IMG/VR virus record: IMGVR_UViG_3300042546_000155
Length of the DNA stretch: 64,000 bases
Strand: one strand, 5' to 3'
DNA from: a virus
Translations under genes and position numbers: made by a program
Notes under the pieces: model-generated
Database searches by the model: none
Told to the model about the DNA's origin: nothing
What the model saw: the letters and a program-made list of their open reading frames with translations, nothing else
In this document: positions 10,157 to 20,817 of the stretch, piece after piece
How positions within the stretch are numbered: position 1 is the stretch's first letter
Layout of the letters: every line of letters begins with the position of its first letter

Positions 10157-13100
10157 TTACATTTGCAATGCGATACATCTAATGTCGGCAACTCTTGGCA
10201 CGATTGCTGTATCAGTTACGCCAGGATCTAGCAGTAGTCCAATCTTAATTGAGAACTGCTTGTAGCCTTCGAATATAGCACCAGTTGATGATGTATATGC
10301 GATTGCGCCGCCTGTGCCAGTCATGTTTGCACCAGGAATCTTATACTGATATTCTTTCCAATCATTTCTGCTTGTTTCAGAAATTGTTGAGAAGTTAAAT
10401 TCGCCAGTAAGTTTTTCTAGTTCAATCCAAGGTCTATCTTCAAATGAAGTAGAATCTTCACGATGCTTGAACTTTACCCATACCTTAATATCAGTTCCTC
10501 TTGGACGAAATGCTGAGAGATAAATTCTCAAATCTTCTGCGTCTTGATCATCAGCTAGTGTTACGGTTTTTGAAATATACTTATTGAGCATATTTCCGCC
10601 GTCAGGACTTGTCTCATTTGTATAGTCACTACTAATGATATTATCAGTTGCGACAGCATTTGTTCCGTCGATGTTGATAATGGGCGAAATAACATTTGAT
10701 GTGGTTGTCATAGAAATATGAACATTCATTGATCTATTGACACCACGAAGTCTTTCATTTGAAATAGAAAGAACTGTTCTTTCGTTCAAATAGTTAAGCT
10801 GCTCACCAGGTGTCATTGCCTTTGTGTTTCTTGTAAAATCAGACTTTGATGTTGATTCAATCTGATAAGAAACAGATGTTCCATTAAACTTGATAACATC
10901 TGGGTCATAAGTTGCAGTAGAATAGTCAAAGTTGAGCAATTCATTGATAGTAGCATAGAATGTGGAATCACTAATGCTTCTAATTACCTGACCGACAACA
11001 AAGCCACCAGATGCACTTGAGAACTCTGCAATTGTTCCGGATTCACCTGGTAGAGTGTAAACGCTAGTTAGTGTACCGAAGGCAACCTGAATGTTCTCTA
11101 GAACTCTAGTGAACTTAGCAGTATTGGCTGAATTGAATACATTAACTGTTCCAGTTGAGAAGTTGGTGAAGCCAGTTAGTGTAACAACTTTTCCGCTAAC
11201 AGATGCAACAGTACCTTGTGCAACAACGGTTGCACCGGACAACTTCTTAATGATATCGCCAGGAACAATGTTAGTTGTGCTATCTAGAACCAATCTATCA
11301 GGAATATGGAACATATCACCAAGAGCCGGTGTAAATTCTTTACTCATCGAAACAAGTCTAAGCTTATCAATTGGCTTGTTACCTAGTGTTGCGGTACCAA
11401 GTGAGTTTCTAACGAACTCCGCTCGTCTTAATCTAATGGTCATATCAACATCAGGTTCCATATCCCAGTTCATATTATTGTTTGTTGTGTAATATGTTCC
11501 TGTGTATGGACGGCTTGTTCTTCTAGCACCTGTATTAACATCAACCTCGCCTAGTTTGGCTGTCCAGATATAAGTATCTGGATCGGCTGCGTCAGAGTGA
11601 ACAACGAATGCATATTGTGTATCATTGAACAAGAAAAGAGGATGATTAAAAGTTATTGTCAAGCCATTATCGATTCCGTTTGTAGAAATCGGGATCTCAA
11701 TATTTTCAAAATGCTTTTCTGAACCAGGTACCTGATTTCTTGTAATGCCGCCGCCAGAGTCAATTTCTCTAACTTCAAACCAAATACCTCTTGAGGTTGA
11801 AGTTGACTTTCTTCCCACGAAGATAGTTGCGCTTGTTAAGAACATACCTTCTTCGTTGTTTGGTGTTTTTGCCAAGAATGAATAGGCAGAGCAAGAGCCC
11901 ATGAAAAGCCACCATGGGAATGGAGGAGGTGGTGGTGGATCTCTTGGAACTGTTTCGGAATCAAATGTTCTTCTCTGTTCATCGACAGGCTTGGTTACAT
12001 TTTGAACTGTTGGAATCTTAATAACAGTTCTTTGTTTAATCATCTTTTGTCCAGCAGCCGTAAATGTTGCTGATGCGCCAGTAGTAATAGACTCTGATGG
12101 ATCATCTAGACTTACGCCTGATTCAGAAATAATAACACGGCTATCACCGATAATCATCTTTCTTTCACCAGTTCTAAACTGTCCCTGCTGTATTCTATAA
12201 GAGAAAAAGCACTTTCCATCTAGTCCAACAAAAATAGGTGTTCCTTCTGCCGGAAGATTACCTAAAGCAGCAGGAAGACTTGCTGTTACGAGGTTGTCAG
12301 TAATGTTAATGGATGAAATGAATACACCGTTAGCATCAACTGCCTGACTTAGTGCCTCACCTGGATTAACAGGACCTGATGAACCAAATCTATATGTGGT
12401 CAATGCTGTATTATACTGTGAGGCTGTTAGTGGGCGACAAGTATTAGATACAGGAATGTTATCAAAGTAAACCCAAATTCTTGCATTTGGTTTTAGATTT
12501 GATGCTTCACAGTAAATGACCTGAGGTCTGATATAAGGAACGATTTCAACGTCACGAACAGTAGCGTTCTGGACAATGAAAGAAGTCTGGTTGTTTCTTC
12601 CGTATTCGGTTCCTGTTCTATTCCAATCAATGTCAATAGCAATATTAACAGATGAATTTGTGTTATACTGATCAGCAGTTCTTCTAGCTGTAGAGTAGTC
12701 GGTGCCTTGATAGACAATACCACCACCAGCAGGGTTACGAACGGTATAAGTTCTGTTAGTTACATACCAATCATTCCATGTCGTGGAAATCTTAGTGTAA
12801 GTACCACCGAGATTTTGCTGTGTAACAAACTCTGGAGTTGTTAGAACTTCGTCGGCTAGGAATGTTGTATCGGTCCAGATATCTCTATCGGGAGTTAGTT
12901 TCAACTGTCCCAAGAATAGATATGAGGCTCTTTCGAGATTTCTTTCAGATGTTGCGACATTCTGATTTAAAAATTGCATTTCAGAGTAGTTTAGAATAAC
13001 CATTCTATCTCTAGCAACAACGCCCGATGATCTAATCAAATCGAACATGAATGATTCTGAGGTATAGATTGGTCTATAGCTCTGTTCAACTGGATCTAGA

Positions 13101-16100
13101 CACCACTGGCTTGATTTACCGTTGATGCTAAGTGTATCGTCTTTGAGTGAGTCAACAAAGATACCGTTTTTAAATCTATCAAGTCCGGCTTCGTCACGGA
13201 CTGTTACGGTCGTTGCTGCCTTTTCAAGAGCATTCAATGTGGTGTAATATTCTAGATTCTCAATTCTATCTTGAAGAATACCAATATCACGCATCGTAAA
13301 TCTATTGATCGCAGATGCCTTGGAGGCACATGATAAGTCTGATCTGCCCAGTCTATTACCGTAAGCTGGTGATAGTGATGGATAAGGAGGAATCTTCAAT
13401 ACAGATAGAGTCAACTTATCTGGATCAAACTTTGGTGTAATTGGTGTTAGTGATGGAACACCACCAACAACTGATAGTGATCCAGTCTTGTCTAGTGTAA
13501 CAAGATCGATACGACCAAGATAGTTCTGAACATCAAATGTCAGAGGGTTCGATGGCATAGGAATCTTGATGCCCTGACTGACAAACTTAAATGTTGCCCA
13601 AGCAGCCTTAGGATATGTTGATATATATGCAATACCTGGATTTTCTGTTGCTGCTGATGGTAGAACCGCCGCAGTAGCAATGTTATTCTTGACAGGTCTA
13701 AAGTCTAGAACATTTCTTAGATCAATCAACTTACCGGTTGCAGTTCTGTATCTTGGAACATTCTCAGTTCTAATATTTGTCTCTGCATTGAATAGAGCAT
13801 CATTGTCCTGAATAGGATAAGAATCGACAGAGAAGTAACCGCCAGTACCGGTAGCGGTATGATCAAAGTAATCCAACTCAATAAGAAGTCTATCGGTTGC
13901 TTCCATAGCTGATCTTGGTCTAATATAACCGTGATCATACATGTTATCTGTCTGTCCATTGTTGAAAATGAACGAAGATGTGACATCTGTTCCGCCAGTA
14001 TTAGATGTTGGGTAAGAACCTGAGCCTTTTCTGATAGATTTAATTCTATAGATATCACTGAAACCTAGATTGATAGGACCAGTTAGATTAGGTAGAGTTG
14101 ATGCATTGATCTTAACATATCTATTGGTTCTAAGAACCTTTGACATTTCACGAGCGGTAACTCTTGCTACTGGGAATGTAACAGCAGCGGCTACAGTTGA
14201 TGAGAATGTTTCTTTAAGATCGATTGTCAATGATGATGGAGTTGTGGTAACTGATCTAACAGTGCCAGTATTAGCACCCTTAGTTGTTAGATCGATGATA
14301 TCACCAACTAGATAAACCTTGGTTACTGTATTGCCTGCTAGTGCAGGAATACCTGGGCTGACGATCAAATCTCTGTTATTTGCAGATGCAGTTGTAACAG
14401 TATAAGTCAAACTGTTGCCAGAGAATCTAACCTTGTCACCAACATTCAATGTTAGGAAGTTTGTGCTTAGATCACCAAGAAGTCTGGTTGCACCCACAGT
14501 TCCGGTTACAGTTCCTGGAAGGCTGAGGTTTGTATTGGCTTTCAATACGAGTTTGATTTCTCTCTTATCAGCACTTGCAAGAGTTGTCGTACCATAAGGT
14601 AGAGTTTCAATACCTGATGGTATAGTAATTGACAGTAGACCAGTTGTATCAATAGCAACAGTGTTATCGATACCCTCAGTCTTTAAGAATGAGAATGATG
14701 TTGCAGATGTAGTTGGATCATCCTTATCTCTAACGCTCTTGGTTGATAGTGAACCAGTATCGTAAAGAAGATATGAATCCTGTGCTTGTAGAACAAATGA
14801 ACTGCCTACAATGTCTGCCTTAGCGCCAGTGGCAGGCATATAGAACGATTGAACATTACCTGGACCATAACCAGAAACATATTGCACATCTGTTAGATAA
14901 AGATTATACTGAGCATCGTAGCCCTCTCTGCCATCAACATATTCTAGTGATAGAACTTTAGCATAACCAACTAGAGTTCCGGCAGCGGCACTAGTTGCTA
15001 ATTTCTTATCAGTGATTGAGTTCTGTGCGGTATCATAAAGGTAAATAACAGCACCCTTGTTCTGCTCCCACATACCGATAACTTCATTAACCACAACATA
15101 TGAACCCATGGTTGTGGTAATGATATGAGTATCGCTGGCTACATCAAGACCTTTTCTTGTTACAAGTTCCTGTGTAGTTTCATAATTGATTTCATAACCT
15201 TTGACATATGCAGTACCGGCTGATACAGAAACGGCTAGAAGCTGGTTATTACCGTTATCGTAACGACCGAAATTACTGCCTGTATTGTCATGCTCTCTAA
15301 TCTGAACGGCCATACCACCTACAAGATAGTTGCCCGATTCATCAAAGGTTCTCTTTGCCATTTCATCGGCAATAATATTGTATTCTGGTCTATCGTTTCT
15401 TTCCGTTACGATACCATTTTCAATTCTAACAAGAGAAATAAAGTCCTGCTGATCAATCTGATCTGTTAGATTATATGTGTATAGAGTTGGTGAGATAGAA
15501 AATCTATCAGCACCAGGTGCGGCATAGTTTGATGATTCAAGAGCAGGATCGAGTAGTGAAGTATCTTCCTCAGAACTTACAATCTCCTCTGATAGAAGCA
15601 TACCTACAATCTTTGATGGGTTTCTATTGTATCTTTCAATAATGATAGACTGCTTTGGAAACTTGATGAAATGGTTCTTAGCGAATATAACACCTTCTTC
15701 AATCTGAAATCTTGAACCGAAGCCAGTTGGACTAGAAGCAAGAGCAACGGCAGTTCCTACACTTGAATTAAGAACTTCGTTTGGCTGAAATACTTTAAGT
15801 GCTGAGTTGGTTGATGCTCTAGTGTAACGAACATAAAGAGTCTTGGTGTTAGTTGATGTTTGAACACCATCTAGAACATCAATAACAATTGCCTGAATAC
15901 CAGTTGTGGCACCAGTTAGAACAACATTCTTAAAGTTATTGACATTTACTGTATTGTTTAGAGTATTAAGGTCTTTGATCTTAACATAATCGACAGCCGA
16001 ACCACCAGATGCGAAGCCTTCACTTGTCTGAACTGAGAACCCACCAGGAAGAACAATAGAACCCTCACGGAACATGTGACGACCGAACCGAGTAACCTGT

Positions 16101-16252
16101 TCTTGAAGGATAGTCTGTAGCTGTGTTAGCTCACGAGCCTGGACGGCATAACCAGGCTTGAATAGAATGCGATAAAAATCTTTATTGAAATCATAATCAT
16201 CATAGTAAGGACTTACATTGAAGTTAGTTGTCAATACAGTATTGGCTGCCAT
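10157..16252 (-). CDS. Large virion structural protein, DUF4815/VrlC-like
   Basis: 2031 aa; NFNVSPYYDDYD...RILFKPGYAVQARELTQLQTILQ, APGADRF, RTFDESGNY and RFKNGIFVD motifs. Confidence 0.8.
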   Translation of the reverse strand: MAANTVLTTNFNVSPYYDDYDFNKDFYRILFKPGYAVQARELTQLQTILQEQVTRFGRHMFREGSIVLPGGFSVQTSEGFASGGSAVDYVKIKDLNTLNNTVNVNNFKNVVLTGATTGIQAIVIDVLDGVQTSTNTKTLYVRYTRASTNSALKVFQPNEVLNSSVGTAVALASSPTGFGSRFQIEEGVIFAKNHFIKFPKQSIIIERYNRNPSKIVGMLLSEEIVSSEEDTSLLDPALESSNYAAPGADRFSISPTLYTYNLTDQIDQQDFISLVRIENGIVTERNDRPEYNIIADEMAKRTFDESGNYLVGGMAVQIREHDNTGSNFGRYDNGNNQLLAVSVSAGTAYVKGYEINYETTQELVTRKGLDVASDTHIITTTMGSYVVVNEVIGMWEQNKGAVIYLYDTAQNSITDKKLATSAAAGTLVGYAKVLSLEYVDGREGYDAQYNLYLTDVQYVSGYGPGNVQSFYMPATGAKADIVGSSFVLQAQDSYLLYDTGSLSTKSVRDKDDPTTSATSFSFLKTEGIDNTVAIDTTGLLSITIPSGIETLPYGTTTLASADKREIKLVLKANTNLSLPGTVTGTVGATRLLGDLSTNFLTLNVGDKVRFSGNSLTYTVTTASANNRDLIVSPGIPALAGNTVTKVYLVGDIIDLTTKGANTGTVRSVTTTPSSLTIDLKETFSSTVAAAVTFPVARVTAREMSKVLRTNRYVKINASTLPNLTGPINLGFSDIYRIKSIRKGSGSYPTSNTGGTDVTSSFIFNNGQTDNMYDHGYIRPRSAMEATDRLLIELDYFDHTATGTGGYFSVDSYPIQDNDALFNAETNIRTENVPRYRTATGKLIDLRNVLDFRPVKNNIATAAVLPSAATENPGIAYISTYPKAAWATFKFVSQGIKIPMPSNPLTFDVQNYLGRIDLVTLDKTGSLSVVGGVPSLTPITPKFDPDKLTLSVLKIPPYPSLSPAYGNRLGRSDLSCASKASAINRFTMRDIGILQDRIENLEYYTTLNALEKAATTVTVRDEAGLDRFKNGIFVDSLKDDTLSINGKSSQWCLDPVEQSYRPIYTSESFMFDLIRSSGVVARDRMVILNYSEMQFLNQNVATSERNLERASYLFLGQLKLTPDRDIWTDTTFLADEVLTTPEFVTQQNLGGTYTKISTTWNDWYVTNRTYTVRNPAGGGIVYQGTDYSTARRTADQYNTNSSVNIAIDIDWNRTGTEYGRNNQTSFIVQNATVRDVEIVPYIRPQVIYCEASNLKPNARIWVYFDNIPVSNTCRPLTASQYNTALTTYRFGSSGPVNPGEALSQAVDANGVFISSINITDNLVTASLPAALGNLPAEGTPIFVGLDGKCFFSYRIQQGQFRTGERKMIIGDSRVIISESGVSLDDPSESITTGASATFTAAGQKMIKQRTVIKIPTVQNVTKPVDEQRRTFDSETVPRDPPPPPPFPWWLFMGSCSAYSFLAKTPNNEEGMFLTSATIFVGRKSTSTSRGIWFEVREIDSGGGITRNQVPGSEKHFENIEIPISTNGIDNGLTITFNHPLFLFNDTQYAFVVHSDAADPDTYIWTAKLGEVDVNTGARRTSRPYTGTYYTTNNNMNWDMEPDVDMTIRLRRAEFVRNSLGTATLGNKPIDKLRLVSMSKEFTPALGDMFHIPDRLVLDSTTNIVPGDIIKKLSGATVVAQGTVASVSGKVVTLTGFTNFSTGTVNVFNSANTAKFTRVLENIQVAFGTLTSVYTLPGESGTIAEFSSASGGFVVGQVIRSISDSTFYATINELLNFDYSTATYDPDVIKFNGTSVSYQIESTSKSDFTRNTKAMTPGEQLNYLNERTVLSISNERLRGVNRSMNVHISMTTTSNVISPIINIDGTNAVATDNIISSDYTNETSPDGGNMLNKYISKTVTLADDQDAEDLRIYLSAFRPRGTDIKVWVKFKHREDSTSFEDRPWIELEKLTGEFNFSTISETSRNDWKEYQYKIPGANMTGTGGAIAYTSSTGAIFEGYKQFSIKIGLLLDPGVTDTAIVPRVADIRCIALQM

Positions 16253-16267
16253 TTTGTTCTTTTCCTT

Positions 16268-17590
16268 TTAGAAACTTAATACGATCTTGAAGTTCTCGGT
16301 CTGGTTCGGATCTCGTTGAACTGGTTCTATATTATCTATGTATAATAGTTTACCTGAATTGGTTTCCAGTTCAGGCTGTTGTGTTACGGTGATTAGCTGA
16401 CGAACAGCGGCTGATGAATAGCCTATCAATCTATCGTTTGTAGGTAGACCTTCAATACCGTATAGTCTAAGAGTATTAAAGCCATCCCAATCTGATACGA
16501 TACCTCTGAATGATGAGGCTGTGAAAGACAACCCCTGATAGACAAACTCGTCCTTTTCATAGTTTACAGAAACACCAGAAACAGAAACGGTTGTTACTTG
16601 TGAGAATGTAGTATTCGTAAACGGAGTAGTTGATAGTCTTTTTGTTGGATCGGCAATAATAGCAACTTGTCTAAAGTCGTTAGCAACTGTTAGCTTGTTA
16701 TTTTCAGATGCAGCGAGTTTAACAGAAATGATAAGATAAGAACCGCCTAGTTCTGTTACTGGGTCTGATCCGTGTCCACCTGGTGGAGGAATAACTGCTC
16801 TAGCAAATGCGCCCTGACCACCGCCGCCACTGATTACTACGCTTGCTCTGCTGTATCCGTATCCAGGATCATCGATAACGATTTCTGAAATATTATTAGC
16901 AGTTGTATTTCTAACAGCAAAAGCATTAGCATTGAAGCCGTCACCAATAATACGAACATTGATATTAGATGAGGTATAATTAGCACCTCGGGTAACAACT
17001 CTAATGTTACTAATAGTTCCTTCGATGGTATTAGTCTGCACTGACCACTGTGTAGAGCCGTCGGCAATTGTTAGAGTCTTAACTGGAATAAAGTTTGCGG
17101 TAGTGAACTGTGTCTGTTCTTCTGCACTAATAGAATACATATACTTCCAAACATACTTGTCGGAAGTAGTGAATGGTAGAGAAGTAGGAGTGCCAGCAGG
17201 CTTTACGGTAGAAATACCACCATAGTTGTTAGACAAACATTTATAGACATGAAAATCGTCTGTCACAACATAGAATTTATTGTTAGCGGCAGTTAGAGCC
17301 GATGAATCCCAAAAGTCTTCATACTGATTCCAGATTTCATTTGGAGTCCAGTTATATCTAGGAATACAATGTCTGATATCATTACCAGTGACTTTCTTAC
17401 CACCAAGCATGTTCTTATAGATATCAACAATACTTGAAACGGAAGTGGTTGGAACAGGTGGATTAGTATCAGATGGCCATGGAGATGTTTTGCCAATTGT
17501 CATGTATAAATTGGTAACATTCTGAGCCACAGATGTTTTGAACATCTTGGCATTATGAATTTCAAGGTCTTTTGAATGTGAAGATGGCAT
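16268..17590 (-). CDS. gp8: Baseplate wedge subunit
   Basis: FYVVTDDFHVYKCLSNN, YVWKYMY, PPGGHGSDPVTELG and NDFRQ motifs. Confidence 0.85.
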   Translation of the reverse strand: MPSSHSKDLEIHNAKMFKTSVAQNVTNLYMTIGKTSPWPSDTNPPVPTTSVSSIVDIYKNMLGGKKVTGNDIRHCIPRYNWTPNEIWNQYEDFWDSSALTAANNKFYVVTDDFHVYKCLSNNYGGISTVKPAGTPTSLPFTTSDKYVWKYMYSISAEEQTQFTTANFIPVKTLTIADGSTQWSVQTNTIEGTISNIRVVTRGANYTSSNINVRIIGDGFNANAFAVRNTTANNISEIVIDDPGYGYSRASVVISGGGGQGAFARAVIPPPGGHGSDPVTELGGSYLIISVKLAASENNKLTVANDFRQVAIIADPTKRLSTTPFTNTTFSQVTTVSVSGVSVNYEKDEFVYQGLSFTASSFRGIVSDWDGFNTLRLYGIEGLPTNDRLIGYSSAAVRQLITVTQQPELETNSGKLLYIDNIEPVQRDPNQTENFKIVLSF

Positions 17591-17617
17591 TACTATTCTC
17601 TTATTAATTTAATTGTA

Positions 17618-17869
17618 TTATTTAGCATCATTTGTCGGAGGGTCCCATTCCTCATCTTTTACTATCTCTAGCATTTCTTCATGAGTATAAGGACCATCGG
17701 TATTCTTTAGTTTAGATACGAAGTCTGGTTGATCGCCAATCCATTTGATAAATGTCTTTTTGAGGTCTTTAGTGTATCTTAGATGTTCAACAGATGTTTC
17801 CAGAATTTGCTCGAAATCAACTTTCTTTAATTCTGAAACAGGTAGTATCAGATAGTTTCTATCTTCCAT
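17618..17869 (-). CDS. Hypothetical protein
   Basis: 83-aa ORF, coupled to the upstream gene. Confidence 0.6.
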   Translation of the reverse strand: MEDRNYLILPVSELKKVDFEQILETSVEHLRYTKDLKKTFIKWIGDQPDFVSKLKNTDGPYTHEEMLEIVKDEEWDPPTNDAK

Positions 17870-20817
17870 TATACACCAAATCTTTCTCTATCAGTATTGA
17901 AGTTTCGTTTAACTTCGGCTGCCGATAGCACACGGTTATAAACTCTCATGATTGAAATTCTACCGATTAGATAGCTCCAACGATAAATGTCGTTATATGC
18001 ACCAGATGCACCGACAGATACACCACTATTATTTGTAGCAATAGTTCCTGCCAGTGCTGACGAAGCAACTAGAGTATTATTGACATATAGTCTTTGTGCG
18101 CCTGAGGTATATGTTAGCGCAATGTGTGTCCATCTATTGCTTCTAATATAGTCTTCTGCATTAAAGCCTGGACGAACAGCCGCATAGCCAGGAGGTGGCA
18201 CTCTAGTTGCTGTTAGTGAGGCCGCCTGTTGCCATACACCATTAATCTTAGCATTGAATACTAGATCACCCAATAGATTAAATTCTAGTGAGTATTGACT
18301 TCCGTTGGCACCCTTCTGGAAAATTACAGCATTCTGGAATGTAGAAGGAACATTGATCCAAGTTTCTAGTGTCAAATTCTGTAGATCAAGAGTTGTGCTA
18401 TTTGGGAATCTAATAACATCATTTAAGCCGTCAAAGCGAATAAGACCATTAGTTACAGAAACACCATTGAGCATTTCACCTTCATAACTTGTATTAATGA
18501 GGTTAGCAATTCTACCTGCTGTAGTTGTTCCAGTATTAGCAGCCGACATATGGAATATTAGACCAGTCTTTACTAGGTCTGGGTAATGGCTGCTACTGAA
18601 TACTTGTGCGCCGTTTATATTTGTTGCTTCAATATCTTCCTTTTCATACTGACCAAACATCTTCATGCCGGCAGGATGTGTTAGCGACTTAAGTGTGTTT
18701 CTATACTTTGATAGAGGCTTGTCAGTTCTAACGACATAAGAGAAGTTCTGATAATAATCTCTATTCTGTAGGTAATTCTGGGCGCTGATAAAGCCATCGT
18801 CATTAATATAACGACCTGGGTATGAATAGATACCTGTAACAACCGAAGTATTAACGACAGCGACATTACCTGTATGACCTGTTGTTAGGTCAAGAATAGG
18901 TGGAACAGTGTAACCAGTTCCTGGGTTAACAATAGTAAATCTTCTGATGATACCAATATCTTCTGTTGTGAATGTAAATGAACCACCACGGCCCAGTGTG
19001 GTCATTGGCTGAACATTAGCGCCGGTTCCTGTTGCTGACTTAATTACACAATAAGGCATCATTGTATAATCGTATCCCTCACCACCAATATAGTGACCAG
19101 AAATTTGAACCCATGCAACATTCATAATAGCGCCAGCAGCATTGACTACGCTTACTCTGGCAGCCGCACCTGATCCGAAACTATTTGCTTCGTTTCTATT
19201 GTGGAACTCGATAACATCATTGACCTGATAATTTAGACCAGGATTGAGTATCTTTAGTTTGCCGATGATGCCCATTTCTTGGACGATTGTATTTGCTTGA
19301 ATGGTAAATGTAGGTGTACCGAAATAACTCTCACCAGGTTCGACAACGAAACAAAATTTAGCTGCACCGGTATTTGAATATGACCAGTAACCAACGGCAT
19401 CTGCAATAACAGTTTCGCCTACTGTAGAAGCACCATCAACAGTCAAACCACCGTTAGCGACCTCTGTAGCAAAGCCATACATGTCGCATCTAACATTAGC
19501 AACATCTGAAATTCTAGTGTTACAAATATTATATTGATTGGGATGATAAATGTTTTCCCAAACGCTTTCTACTTCACCTAGAGCACCGATACCACCACCG
19601 CCAGATACAGTAATAAAATCGCCTCCTCTAGCTTCTGGACCGTCTTCTATACGACCACGATAGCCTGCACCACCATTATCTGGCAATGAACCTTCAATAA
19701 AGATTCTTTCAATACCACCGGCAGATACTCTTGAAATTCTTACTAGACCGCCAGTACCAGAACCATTTACTGGAATAATTGGAACAGTAGTACCTTCAAC
19801 ATAACCAGTACCACCATTAACAATATCAATATCGACAATCTGACCGCCGAAGATACGAGCAGTAGCATATTTTACTTGTCCGTCTTCTTCGAATAGTGCA
19901 TAGATTGATTCGTCAGATAGAAATGGCTTATTAGAGTTTGAAATTCTTAGTTCGGTAACAAGTGTATTGTTATCATAGAATACATTAACTGCCTCGACTA
20001 GTGCAGTTGCTTTAGAAGTCAAGCCTTTAACTTCTTTATTCTGAAAATATGAATAGACCATAGAGTTGGCAACATTGTTAATAGCGCCGTTCTGGACTCT
20101 TAATGCTCTTTCAACATACCACTTACCGTCTGACGCTCTAAGAACATCTTGCTTAGGATAATAAACCTCGGCAGTTGTATTATATAAGGCTCTCATCAAG
20201 AAACGAATAGACTTTTCCGAGCCTCTTGATCTATAGAAATCCTTGGCGTGTTTCAGCACAAGGTTCTTATCAGCCAACATATTCTTGGGAAGTAGCTTGA
20301 TATAATTGTTATAGAGTGTTTGAAGGATCTGATCATTATCACGAGCGTTATCGACATCCATATAACGACCGAAATTCTTCATAATGTTTGTTAGATCGGC
20401 ACCGGGTGCATTAGCAACAGTTTTGTAAACGAAAAATCTTTCACCAACCAAACGCACTGGGTAACTATTACCTGTGATATTGAAGGTGTTGCTGCCTGGT
20501 ACGACATTAGCTGCATAAGCACCAACATCTGTATTGGCTATTCTAATCTTGGTACCGTTAGCGATAGCAACATTTGATCTACCAACAGGAAGACTTACAA
20601 CCACAGTGTTCGTATAATCTACGCCATATGGTGTTGTCGCACCAATTACGGTACTGATTGTCAGATTAGAAGTGACTGGCTTGATATAACTTGGAGTTTC
20701 TAGAAATCTATAATAGCTTCTAACAAACTCCAAGAAGATTTCGTGTTCTTCTCTGACGAACCCCGGAACCTGTTGATCAATTAATACTGATGTTCTGTTA
20801 TTTGAAATAAATGGCAT
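17869..20817 (-). CDS. gp7: Baseplate wedge initiator (gp7-like) with C-terminal LamG/concanavalin-like domain
   Basis: Lies between gp6 and gp8. FYRSRGSEKSIRFLMR, YYQNFSYVV and HPAGMKMFG motifs; C-terminal WTHIALTY...RLYVN...RVYNRVLS. Confidence 0.65.
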   Translation of the reverse strand: MPFISNNRTSVLIDQQVPGFVREEHEIFLEFVRSYYRFLETPSYIKPVTSNLTISTVIGATTPYGVDYTNTVVVSLPVGRSNVAIANGTKIRIANTDVGAYAANVVPGSNTFNITGNSYPVRLVGERFFVYKTVANAPGADLTNIMKNFGRYMDVDNARDNDQILQTLYNNYIKLLPKNMLADKNLVLKHAKDFYRSRGSEKSIRFLMRALYNTTAEVYYPKQDVLRASDGKWYVERALRVQNGAINNVANSMVYSYFQNKEVKGLTSKATALVEAVNVFYDNNTLVTELRISNSNKPFLSDESIYALFEEDGQVKYATARIFGGQIVDIDIVNGGTGYVEGTTVPIIPVNGSGTGGLVRISRVSAGGIERIFIEGSLPDNGGAGYRGRIEDGPEARGGDFITVSGGGGIGALGEVESVWENIYHPNQYNICNTRISDVANVRCDMYGFATEVANGGLTVDGASTVGETVIADAVGYWSYSNTGAAKFCFVVEPGESYFGTPTFTIQANTIVQEMGIIGKLKILNPGLNYQVNDVIEFHNRNEANSFGSGAAARVSVVNAAGAIMNVAWVQISGHYIGGEGYDYTMMPYCVIKSATGTGANVQPMTTLGRGGSFTFTTEDIGIIRRFTIVNPGTGYTVPPILDLTTGHTGNVAVVNTSVVTGIYSYPGRYINDDGFISAQNYLQNRDYYQNFSYVVRTDKPLSKYRNTLKSLTHPAGMKMFGQYEKEDIEATNINGAQVFSSSHYPDLVKTGLIFHMSAANTGTTTAGRIANLINTSYEGEMLNGVSVTNGLIRFDGLNDVIRFPNSTTLDLQNLTLETWINVPSTFQNAVIFQKGANGSQYSLEFNLLGDLVFNAKINGVWQQAASLTATRVPPPGYAAVRPGFNAEDYIRSNRWTHIALTYTSGAQRLYVNNTLVASSALAGTIATNNSGVSVGASGAYNDIYRWSYLIGRISIMRVYNRVLSAAEVKRNFNTDRERFGV

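Noticed and set aside
4688-16000. Many + strand ORFs opposite the fibre and structural genes
   Set aside because: They are antisense shadows caused by the codon bias and repeats of the real - strand genes, with no SDs or motifs.
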